Below are positions 26,390 through 34,623 of a stretch of 64,000 nucleotides of DNA, in pieces; the first letter of the stretch is position 1, and every line of letters begins with the position of its first letter. The position numbers were made by a program, and so were the translations under genes. A model generated the notes under the pieces. That model saw only the letters and a program-made list of their open reading frames with translations. It did not search any database and had not been told where the DNA came from. This DNA is from a virus. Taxonomy: Duplodnaviria; Caudoviricetes. The stretch lies in the IMG/VR virus record IMGVR_UViG_3300026493_000002; one strand, 5' to 3'.

Positions 26390-27247
26390 TTACCTCATAT
26401 GCGGATCCCGTCGCGAGCGTTGCAGGCCGGCACCGTTACGTGGGCGTGGCGCATCTTCGACGACTCCGATTGGTGATTCATTTTGATTGTCCTGTCGCGG
26501 TCGATTCATCGCATTCTTACGTGCGTTATCTTCCTGACGGTGCATCTGGGATTGGCGGCTAACGATCAGCGCCTGCAGTTCAGAAGAGGCCCGAGCCTTG
26601 TCTTTCTTTACGGCAGCGAGCTTCATGGATTCGGCCGTGTCCTTGGCCAGCTGTTCGATCAGCGTTTCCATGTACTTGCGCTTGAGGGATTTCGGCAGTG
26701 AACTCCGGCGCATGAAGTAGAACACGAGGTCGATGTTGGACATGATCTTGGATGCCTCCATGACCGAGTCATCCATTTCGACTTCGATGCCCAGACCATC
26801 ACGCAGCGCGGACGTCACATAGGACTGTGCAGCTTCAAGGCCCATCATGGTGGGCAGCAGCCGATTCATCATCAGGCGGCTGAGGTCCTTGGTGCGTTGC
26901 GTACTCTTTCGGGTCACGCTGCGCAGCAGGTCTTCCGGTACCTTGATTGTGTTCTCGAACTCCACACCGGGCAGCACATGCGATTCGTAGCTGTCGGTGT
27001 TGATCTTCGGCTGAGGCACCGAAATGTCCGGCAGGTCCTCAGCGCGGCGGCGCTTGTCGGCACGACGCTTCGCACGGCGGCGCTTGTCTGCGCGCTTGCG
27101 ATGATCGTTCTCCCAAGCCGTGTCGTGCAGACGCTCCAGCTTGAACAGAGGAGTAATGTCGTCCATGATGCCGAAGACGCCCTCAGGAAGTTCGTCGTTT
27201 GCGCCGAGAACTTCCGACTTCTGCTTCTTGATCTTCTTGGGCTTCAT
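26390..27247 (-). CDS. Hypothetical helical protein (possible small terminase)
   Basis: 285 aa immediately upstream of terL; role from position only. Confidence 0.5.
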   Translation of the reverse strand: MKPKKIKKQKSEVLGANDELPEGVFGIMDDITPLFKLERLHDTAWENDHRKRADKRRRAKRRADKRRRAEDLPDISVPQPKINTDSYESHVLPGVEFENTIKVPEDLLRSVTRKSTQRTKDLSRLMMNRLLPTMMGLEAAQSYVTSALRDGLGIEVEMDDSVMEASKIMSNIDLVFYFMRRSSLPKSLKRKYMETLIEQLAKDTAESMKLAAVKKDKARASSELQALIVSRQSQMHRQEDNARKNAMNRPRQDNQNESPIGVVEDAPRPRNGAGLQRSRRDPHMR

Positions 27248-27860
27248 TGTCGGTCCTAAGATACTGTCGTGTGCGGCGATTGGTGCGCTTGGAGATACCT
27301 CCGCGCCACGCCATTCGTGTGATAAGGTTCATGGACACCTCGTCATCGACTTCCCGCTTCTTGCACGGGATCACAATGTCGAGATAGCCAGTTGTAGGAT
27401 TCAGTACCATGACACCGGCGCCAGTTCCCTTGAGGTCGACCTTGAGTTGGTCTTTCAGCTTCTCGAAGGTCCTGTCGCACATGACGATGTACAGGCGATT
27501 GCAATACTTGGCGTACTCGCGCCACTTCTTGTCCGTTCGGTAGTCTCTCGGGCCGGACTTGACCTCGCAGATGACGATCCTTCGACGGAGGTTCACGCAG
27601 ATCACGTCGGCGCGGAGAGTTCCCCACGACGTTACGCCGAGTTCCTGAAAACAGGAGTAGCCTCCCTTGAGGAAGTACGAACACACGGCAGTCTTCAACG
27701 TGTCTGCGGTGCTGGTATTTCGGGTTCGCGCTTCCTTGGCGGATACGAGTGGTGTCCTCGACCCGCGACGTTTGCCCTTGCGGCGCTTACGTTTGCGCGG
27801 TGACGTGTAGCCGAATATGTCCTCGTCCTTGGAGGAGGGCTTCTTTTTGACGATAGCCAT
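27183..27860 (-). CDS. mmcB: MmcB-like PD-(D/E)xK nuclease
   Basis: RADV...ICEVKS..DYRTDKKWREY..YC..LY; start MAIVKK. Confidence 0.8.
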   Translation of the reverse strand: MAIVKKKPSSKDEDIFGYTSPRKRKRRKGKRRGSRTPLVSAKEARTRNTSTADTLKTAVCSYFLKGGYSCFQELGVTSWGTLRADVICVNLRRRIVICEVKSGPRDYRTDKKWREYAKYCNRLYIVMCDRTFEKLKDQLKVDLKGTGAGVMVLNPTTGYLDIVIPCKKREVDDEVSMNLITRMAWRGGISKRTNRRTRQYLRTDNEAQEDQEAEVGSSRRKRRTS

Positions 27861-27900
27861 TGCTGGAATTCCGATAGGTATGAAGGCTCGCGAAAACGAC

Positions 27901-27929
27901 AAAAGCCCGTCCACCGAAATGGACGGGCT
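27901..27929 (-). terminator. Rho-independent terminator
   Basis: AGCCCGTCCA-TTTCGG-TGGACGGGCT followed by TTT. Confidence 0.85.
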
Positions 27930-27970
27930 CTGGTCACCTAGCGGCTGGCCTCGATATGGTGATTCATAGG

Positions 27971-29440
27971 TCAGTCAACGTCGAACGCGATGGCTTCTTC
28001 ATCGTCATCGCGCTTGCGCTTCTCCTTCTTGCCGTTCTTGTCAGGCTTACCCTTGCCCTTCTTCTTGGACTTGGGCGCGTCGTCATCGTCTTCCTCTTCA
28101 CGCGGCGGCTGACGTTCGGAGTTCTGCTCAACGTTGTCCGGGTTGGACACGCGCATGATTTCAAACTCTTCCTTCAACGGGAACGGGAACAGTTCCTGGT
28201 CACGTGCCTTACGCTGCTGGATCGGAATCTCCTTGAGTTCCCGCTGCTCGGGCTTGGAGTAGTTCCAGACCCAACAGGCGTCGGCATGTTCCAGCATACC
28301 TTTGGAGTAACGAATGCGGTCGTCTTCACCGTCCAACTGCGCAAGCACGATCACCAGGCACTTGTTCTTGCTGGAGAACACCTTCGCCTGTCGCACGATG
28401 GAGGACAGCGTCTTCCACTGGTCCTTCTCGTCAACACCCTCAAGCAGGCCCACGTAGTCGATTGCAACCACGCGGTACTTGTACGGTTCGATCAGGGTGA
28501 ACAGGGAGTTCGCCGAAATGCCACCCTTCGGACAGAAGAGGGCATAGCGACATTCGTTCTCTTCGCCGTGCTTGTGGAACTTGCGCCACGCCTTCCGGAT
28601 CTTCTTCCGGTCGTCGTCGGTCAGCATACCCTTGGCGATCTTCCAGAGAGGAACGCGAGAGATAGACGCAGCCAGACGGCGTGCTTCCTTCTCCTCGTTC
28701 ATTTCCAGCGACACGGTCAGGCAGTCGAGGTTGTTGTGACGGTACATGTACTCCATGATGTTCATACGGAGTACGGACTTGCCGCCCGAGGTCGTACCGG
28801 CCAGAATCCAAACGCCTTCGGTTGGGACACCACCGTTGCGCGTATCGAACTCCGTGTAGCCAGTCTTGTGCAGCTTCTCGGTTGTAGGATCGAGGACGCG
28901 GTCGATCAGTTCGTGCGCGTTGCCGTCCTTACCGATGGTCTGAATCGACTCGGTGAGGTTCTGCTTGCTTCGCGCTTCGCTGACCTTGCCTGCAACGTAG
29001 TCAACCAGTCCATCGACGTCCAGCTTGGTACTCTTGAGCTGGTTGACAGCCTCCTTGGACATTTCATAGATGATACGCGAGACGCGATAGTCATCCAACT
29101 GGTTGAGCAGTTCTTCGGCTTGCGACACGGACCTCGCAGGCTTCTTCTTCTCCTCGCGAAGAATGTCCCGGAACTCTTCGTCGAGGGCCGGGTCCTCAAT
29201 GAGGTCGTCGTAACTCAGGATACGCGAACGCTTCTCCGCTACCTTCATCAGGCGACGGTACGCTGCGCGACAAGGCTCGTAATGGAAGAACGATTCGTTC
29301 AAGCCGGCCATCAACGTCGAGCTGGCCAGTGCCTTGGAACTGGTGTCCAGCGTCGCTACCGAGGCATCGTCCTGCAGCCCATTACGTAGGGCAATCGTCC
29401 TGATCGCCCTGAGCTCCAAGCTTTGAGAAAACAGCCTCAT
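27971..29440 (-). CDS. dnaB: DnaB-like replicative helicase
   Basis: LAGTTSGGKS, SLEM, IDYVGLL, LAQL and EHAD SF4 motifs. Confidence 0.9.
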   Translation of the reverse strand: MRLFSQSLELRAIRTIALRNGLQDDASVATLDTSSKALASSTLMAGLNESFFHYEPCRAAYRRLMKVAEKRSRILSYDDLIEDPALDEEFRDILREEKKKPARSVSQAEELLNQLDDYRVSRIIYEMSKEAVNQLKSTKLDVDGLVDYVAGKVSEARSKQNLTESIQTIGKDGNAHELIDRVLDPTTEKLHKTGYTEFDTRNGGVPTEGVWILAGTTSGGKSVLRMNIMEYMYRHNNLDCLTVSLEMNEEKEARRLAASISRVPLWKIAKGMLTDDDRKKIRKAWRKFHKHGEENECRYALFCPKGGISANSLFTLIEPYKYRVVAIDYVGLLEGVDEKDQWKTLSSIVRQAKVFSSKNKCLVIVLAQLDGEDDRIRYSKGMLEHADACWVWNYSKPEQRELKEIPIQQRKARDQELFPFPLKEEFEIMRVSNPDNVEQNSERQPPREEEDDDDAPKSKKKGKGKPDKNGKKEKRKRDDDEEAIAFDVD

Positions 29441-29958
29441 CTGGATTTCCGATTATGATTGGCCTCATTCCGTGGTGAGATAACCGGAGCCCGGAACTGC
29501 GAAAGCTCCGGGAACTCCGCCGTGATCTGGGTCTTCCACATGGTGAAAGTCTCAGACTCGACTTCGCGCACGGACAGGTGAATGCCGACTTCGGCACCAA
29601 CGTCTTTCATACGCGGGTTGCGCCACTTGGTGAGGCAGTTGAATAGGGACGTCGAGGTCATCGAGGAAATCGCCGTGTCCATCAGCTTCTTGTCGATCCC
29701 GTACTCACCGCGCAGGATCTGTTTCAGCTTGACGTAGGTGATGCCCTTGTTGGCCTTGACGATTTGATAGATAAGCCAGCGCAACGTGCAATTGAACTCG
29801 CGCGTGTTCGGGTCCATGCTGAGGTTGAAGATCAGCTTTTCCAGCAGGGCCAGATCAGTGTGCGGCGCTGACACTTTGACAGGTAACGACATACAAGCCA
29901 TCCCGTGAGAGCCGTCGGCTCCCAGTGTCGATAGTTGATTTACAGATACGTCGAACAT
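29437..29958 (-). CDS. Hypothetical protein, possible winged helix-turn-helix
   Basis: IYQIVKANKGITYVKLKQIL...GIDKKLMDTAI pattern; true start may be 29901. Confidence 0.55.
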   Translation of the reverse strand: MFDVSVNQLSTLGADGSHGMACMSLPVKVSAPHTDLALLEKLIFNLSMDPNTREFNCTLRWLIYQIVKANKGITYVKLKQILRGEYGIDKKLMDTAISSMTSTSLFNCLTKWRNPRMKDVGAEVGIHLSVREVESETFTMWKTQITAEFPELSQFRAPVISPRNEANHNRKSR

Positions 29959-29968
29959 GACTCTTCCC

Positions 29969-31105
29969 TCAGGCAGCCATCGGGAGAAGGCCGTCGCTCG
30001 ACCCCAGCTTGGACTTCAACTTCGCAAAGAAGTTGTTGACCTTGTCAGGATCGACGCGGAGGAAGCGACCCACCAGGATGTTGAAGCGCGACGGCTCGAT
30101 GCGCTCCTGCAGGTCACTGTTGGTCTCTTTGGCCGTGGCGTAGCGGTTGCTATGGAGCCACTCGGTGAACTCCATGTCGTCCGCGCCCATCAGGATCGTG
30201 AGGAAGCGATGCTTCTTGCTGCCGGTCTTGACCGAGGACACCAACTGGCCAACGCTGTGTTCAATCTCGAAACGCTCGATCGGATTGTGACCAGCCAGCT
30301 CCTCGTAGGACACGGGATCCGACTCAGCGGTGATGCGCATTTGGTTCTCGCTCACGACCAGCAGGGAGAAGGAGTCACGCTTCTCACCGGTCGGGTCGTT
30401 GTTGACAAGGCGACCCGCCTTCTGACTGGTGTTCAAGCCGATGATGTTGACACCGGCGTTGTGTACCGCACGCTTTATGTAGTTCACGACATGGGCCGGC
30501 TCCATCGTGCACGGCATCACCTTGTGATAGGCGTTGACGGCTTTGATCTGGAGCTCGGCGTGCAGGTCGCGCAGTTCATCGTTCTTCGACTTGCAGATGA
30601 AGCGCAGCTTCTTGTACGCGAAAGCCTTGATCTTCTTGTTGACAGGTTTCAGGATTTCGTTCATCGCCAGTTTCAGGATGCCGAGGTTCAGATGAATGTC
30701 GGACTGGAACGGGCGAACGTGCTTCTTGATGCGCGAGCGGAAACGGCTCTGCTCGGACCAGAAGCGGAAGATACGTGCAGCATCGCAGTTGAAGATGCCG
30801 TACTCGGCGGCGTAGGACTTGGCCTGATCCTTCGTTACACGACGGACCTTGCCGAGACGGAACACGTACAGCTTGAGGCAGAGGCCCAGGTATTCAGTCC
30901 GGTGCAAGCGCAGGCGGAAGTCCTTGGCCGAGAAGTCCTTGTCGTGGCAGAACGGCTTGAGGCGATTCTGATACTCGGCGTAGCCAATGCCACGCGTGAG
31001 GTACGACAGGGTGTGTGCGAATACGGTGTAGAACTCGTCGCTCTTGGTGTCAAACCCGAAGTCAGACTTGATAAGACCGCAAAGGCTACCGATTGGAGTT
31101 TTCAT
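29969..31105 (-). CDS. Probable divergent phage RNA polymerase sigma factor
   Basis: KAFAYKKLRF...DELRDLHAELQIKAVNAY...NYIKRAVHNAGVNII resembles sigma70 region 2; start MKTPIG. Confidence 0.6.
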   Translation of the reverse strand: MKTPIGSLCGLIKSDFGFDTKSDEFYTVFAHTLSYLTRGIGYAEYQNRLKPFCHDKDFSAKDFRLRLHRTEYLGLCLKLYVFRLGKVRRVTKDQAKSYAAEYGIFNCDAARIFRFWSEQSRFRSRIKKHVRPFQSDIHLNLGILKLAMNEILKPVNKKIKAFAYKKLRFICKSKNDELRDLHAELQIKAVNAYHKVMPCTMEPAHVVNYIKRAVHNAGVNIIGLNTSQKAGRLVNNDPTGEKRDSFSLLVVSENQMRITAESDPVSYEELAGHNPIERFEIEHSVGQLVSSVKTGSKKHRFLTILMGADDMEFTEWLHSNRYATAKETNSDLQERIEPSRFNILVGRFLRVDPDKVNNFFAKLKSKLGSSDGLLPMAA

Positions 31106-31166
31106 AGGAGTGAGATATGATTTTGAGTGTGAGATAGGATTGCTACGAAAGGTTGCCAGACTGGGC

Positions 31167-31916
31167 TTACCAAGCGATAGAAATCTCCTCATCCACACTC
31201 TCAGCCTTGCGCGCCTTGATGACGCCGCGGCTCAACTTGGACACGAACGTGACCAGGTCGTCCTCCTTCTTCACCTTCTTGATCTTGCGACGTTGTGCAA
31301 CCGGTGTGTCGAACAGACCACGTTCGTCGGCGCTATCCAGTCCTGCAATGGAGCGCGCGATCTTCTCGTGGCCCTTCTGGATTTCGGGATCGACCCACGC
31401 CTTGTTGGCATGAATCTCGATACGGATCTGGCGGAACTGGTCCACCGTGTACAGCGAGTTGCTGTTCTTCTCGTTGGGCAAGATGACTGCGGTGCGACCC
31501 GTCTCACTCACGACGCGCACCGTTTCCTTCGTTGCATCCAACACGTAACCCAGAACGAAGTTGCCCAGGTAGTTGCGGCCGGCCCCACCGGCAACGCGGA
31601 TGTAGACTTTCTGCATGAACGAGAACCCAGCCTTGCGGGTCTTACGCTCACCCAGCATGATCGCGGCGAAAATCTGCAGGTCGTTCGCAGACATACGACG
31701 CATCACGGTACCCATGTCCACTACGGACGAAACCCGTGACTCCTGATCCTGCAACAGAGTAAACACGTCAGGCGAATGCTTGCTGCACGCCTTTGAAGAT
31801 GGGATGCGACCAAGCTCACCACACTTGGCCTCAAAGGTCCGTTCCCTTACGAGGAACTGGCAAGAACCACAATTCAGACCTTTTTCTGGCTTCCCGGTTT
31901 CGTTTTGCATTTCCAA
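31167..31916 (-). CDS. Hypothetical protein with N-terminal Cys cluster
   Basis: CGSC...C...C..H; 249 aa. Confidence 0.7.
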   Translation of the reverse strand: MEMQNETGKPEKGLNCGSCQFLVRERTFEAKCGELGRIPSSKACSKHSPDVFTLLQDQESRVSSVVDMGTVMRRMSANDLQIFAAIMLGERKTRKAGFSFMQKVYIRVAGGAGRNYLGNFVLGYVLDATKETVRVVSETGRTAVILPNEKNSNSLYTVDQFRQIRIEIHANKAWVDPEIQKGHEKIARSIAGLDSADERGLFDTPVAQRRKIKKVKKEDDLVTFVSKLSRGVIKARKAESVDEEISIAW

Positions 31917-32343
31917 GACCCCTTTCAGATATAGCTTGCATAATAGAATGGCGGATCGTCTTCTCGATAGATGACAGCCCCAGGTCCGACTGGAGCAGCT
32001 TAATCATTTCGTAGAGACTGGTGTCCACCGACAGATGGATAGGATGTTGCGCCTCGTACCCTTCGGCAATAGGCAGCATCAGAGCCTTTACAAGGATTTG
32101 CAGGTACGGCTCAGCCGTACGCTCCTGATCGACGTTCGCCCAGAACTGACGGACAGGAGTCTTCGAGCCACGTATGCGGGCCACAACCGCAACACCGTTG
32201 GCATGAAGAATGTTGTGACAGCTACTGCATAGCGGAATCTGCAGGCTGTCCTTACCTCCACGTGACTGCGGAACAGTGTGGTGCCAATGCAGCACCGAAA
32301 AGAACTGTTTGCAGATCGTGCAGTTGCCGCTACTGTCACCCAT
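31831..32343 (-). CDS. HNH endonuclease with possible C-terminal ribbon-helix-helix
   Basis: CTIC...HHTVPQSRGG...LCSSCHNILH; IHLSVDTSLYEMIKLL...SIEKTIRHSI. Confidence 0.8.
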   Translation of the reverse strand: MGDSSGNCTICKQFFSVLHWHHTVPQSRGGKDSLQIPLCSSCHNILHANGVAVVARIRGSKTPVRQFWANVDQERTAEPYLQILVKALMLPIAEGYEAQHPIHLSVDTSLYEMIKLLQSDLGLSSIEKTIRHSIMQAISERGLGNAKRNREARKRSELWFLPVPRKGTDL

Positions 32344-32357
32344 GGCGGCGCCCTCCG

Positions 32358-33758
32358 TCAGTCAATGTCGAAGGGCAGACTCCAGGACGACAACTTGTTC
32401 CACCCGCGTGCGATAAGGGTGTTCAAGATGCGGCTCGGCATGACCCAGAAGAGGATCATGTTGGTGTTACGCGGGTTTGCGGTAAACTCGCGCGACACCA
32501 TTACGTAGTGCTGACTGCTGCGGTCGTTGACCATGTCCAGCATCTGGCGAGCGAACTCTACCAGCACGTCGTCCTTGAGGTTACTGCCTGCCCGCTTGCC
32601 CAACTGCGTCCGTGCGAACTGCTCCAACTTGGGCTTGTCCACAGCGAGGAGGGTCTGGTTCTTCAAGACCAGGTAGTCCTCGATCTGGATGTACTTGATA
32701 CCGAACTGGTCCAGCAGCTTCTGCTTGCTGAAATTGTGGGTCACGGTGCCACTACCGACCGGTCGGTCACGGCGCGCAATGTCGTCGTGCGAATCGAAGA
32801 TGGCAACCACGGGCGCACGGATGAAGTCGTACGGACCCTTGAGGCTCTTCGGCATGTTCGCCAGTTCGGACTTGACGTCCGCGATGCGCTCCTTGAGGAA
32901 GGCATCAGGCGAGCGAGGGCCGTCCTCGTTGTCCTTCTTGACCTGCGGCTTGGCAGCAGCGGTCTTCGGGACCTTGTAGTTCAGGGGCTTGCGCGGCTTG
33001 TCGTCGTAGGACAACAGGTTGTTCATGACCTTCTTGTTGATCGCGGCAATGTCGCGCTCAAGGTCAGTCAGGTGGCCCGTGATCTTGCGAAGCATGTCCA
33101 GCGGTACGGAACTGGTACGCTTCACCTTGTCGATGATGTTTTGGGTGAGTTCGGCGAGTTTCGCCAGTGCATCAGCCGCGTTGTCGAGGTCCTTACCTTC
33201 GGGGAGAGACCCGTAGGTGGCGAGTGCCAAGTCGGCACGGTTGCCGAGAAGGACCAGCATCTGGCTGGCATCGAACTGACCGTCCTTCGCTGAGGAGAGC
33301 ATCTTCACCAGGCGCTTGAAGTCGTTGACGACCTTTTCAAGCTCTTCGAGGATTGTGCTGTCTTCCTGCAGGAGACCGTCTTCATTGAAGCGCGTGTTCG
33401 TCGCGCGTGCTTTCTTGAGGACACCGTCGAGGGCCTCGCGAAACTGGGGAATGAACTTGGATTTCAGGTTGTTGACAACCTGCTTGAAGGTGGAACGATC
33501 CATGTCGTCCGACTTGATACCTTCTTCCAGACCCGCCAACGTGTTCAGGATCGGCGTGATCTTCTTCTTCAACGGAGCCAGATAGGCTTCGCTGGTCGGC
33601 ATGCCACTGATGGCCTTGCCCGCAATGTTCTTGGCGTTGACGATGATCTTCTTCGCCGTCGAGCGGCTGGCGGTCTTTGCCAATTCGTCCACGAGAGCGG
33701 TGAGTTCATTTTCGGCCCTCGACAGGTCTTCGATGGCCTTGGAACGATAGTTGGACAT
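32358..33758 (-). CDS. Hypothetical helical protein
   Basis: 466 aa from MSNYRS after GAGGAG; preceded by the TAATTT motif and a sigma70-like promoter. Confidence 0.75.
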   Translation of the reverse strand: MSNYRSKAIEDLSRAENELTALVDELAKTASRSTAKKIIVNAKNIAGKAISGMPTSEAYLAPLKKKITPILNTLAGLEEGIKSDDMDRSTFKQVVNNLKSKFIPQFREALDGVLKKARATNTRFNEDGLLQEDSTILEELEKVVNDFKRLVKMLSSAKDGQFDASQMLVLLGNRADLALATYGSLPEGKDLDNAADALAKLAELTQNIIDKVKRTSSVPLDMLRKITGHLTDLERDIAAINKKVMNNLLSYDDKPRKPLNYKVPKTAAAKPQVKKDNEDGPRSPDAFLKERIADVKSELANMPKSLKGPYDFIRAPVVAIFDSHDDIARRDRPVGSGTVTHNFSKQKLLDQFGIKYIQIEDYLVLKNQTLLAVDKPKLEQFARTQLGKRAGSNLKDDVLVEFARQMLDMVNDRSSQHYVMVSREFTANPRNTNMILFWVMPSRILNTLIARGWNKLSSWSLPFDID

Positions 33759-33836
33759 TGCGATATATCTCCAAGAGGAGTTGAGCGGCATCATCCGGGG
33801 ATTCAGCCGAATATAGAGAGTGGACCTTACGGACCA

Positions 33837-33843
33837 AAATTAC
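33837..33843 (-). promoter_or_regulatory. Putative late promoter motif GTAATTT
   Basis: GTAATTTTGGTCC, intergenic. Confidence 0.55.
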
Positions 33844-33898
33844 GATGATAGATGGCGCCGTCCTGGGCCTGCAATAAATGGTGCTGATAAGAGGACGT

Positions 33899-34032
33899 GC
33901 AAACCCGAACGTGTGTAGCGTGTACGCGCATCTTCACATAGTATACACGATGATAGTCGTGTGAAGCAATGCTGAAACGTCAATGGAATCAAGCACTTAC
34001 AGATGACGTGAACGACACACGCTCGGGTTTGA
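33899..34032 (-). promoter_or_regulatory. Sigma70-like promoter TTGCTT-N18-TATACT bracketed by inverted CAAACCCGA boxes
   Basis: -10 at 33940-33945, -35 at 33964-33969; boxes at 33899-33908 and 34023-34032 extend into a 15/16 inverted repeat. Confidence 0.65.
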
Positions 34033-34049
34033 AAGATCCTTAAATAGGC

Positions 34050-34086
34050 AAAGAAACAGCGGCCCACGCACAGGGCATGGACCGCT
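34050..34086 (-). terminator. Rho-independent terminator
   Basis: AGCGGTCCATGC-CCTGT-GCGTGGGCCGCT followed by GTTTCTTT. Confidence 0.75.
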
Positions 34087-34098
34087 TGGAATCACCGC

Positions 34099-34108
34099 TC
34101 GGGTTTGA
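34099..34108 (-). repeat. TCAAACCCGA box, single copy
   Basis: Exact copy between a hairpin (34111-34140) and the terminator. Confidence 0.6.
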
Positions 34109-34147
34109 TGCGGAGAGCGCCGAACTAGCGACGCCCTCCGGCTGGGA

Positions 34148-34588
34148 TTAACCGCCCTTGTCGAGCTTCTCCAGCTCGGCGCGAATCTCTTCGGCCGACA
34201 TATCGTCAATGTCGCGCTGCTCGCGGTTGGCCAGCGCTTCCTGCAGGCGACGCTTGGCCAGAGCCTTCTTGTTGGCCTCTTCGCGCTCGGCCTTCTCGGC
34301 CAGGCGGACGTCGATGATGTACTTGACGATGGCGAACTGGAGCTTGGTCAGTTCCAGGGCCTTGTTCGGGCCGCTCGCGTTGACGAACGAGGACGGCTCA
34401 CCGTCGTTCTTGGAGATCAGGCGGTTCAGTTCGACGGCGAGGGTGTCCAGCGTCACCTTCTGCGCGCGCGAACTGGTCAGTTCCAGATCCCACAGGTCCT
34501 CGACGGCAATGCTACCCTGGGCGGTCGGGATACGCAGCTTGATGCGCGATGCCTGGATGAACAGATCGTTGGTGTTGGTTTCGCTCAT
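34148..34588 (-). CDS. Conserved-type phage coiled-coil protein
   Basis: LFIQASRIKLRIPT..G...VEDLWDL motif; 146 aa. Confidence 0.8.
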   Translation of the reverse strand: MSETNTNDLFIQASRIKLRIPTAQGSIAVEDLWDLELTSSRAQKVTLDTLAVELNRLISKNDGEPSSFVNASGPNKALELTKLQFAIVKYIIDVRLAEKAEREEANKKALAKRRLQEALANREQRDIDDMSAEEIRAELEKLDKGG

Positions 34589-34623
34589 GGTGTTGCTCCT
34601 TGTAGACTAGGTGTTGCGATGGA

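Noticed and set aside
31831-32343. Group I intron-encoded homing endonuclease
   Set aside because: Flanking genes are intact and not two halves of one protein
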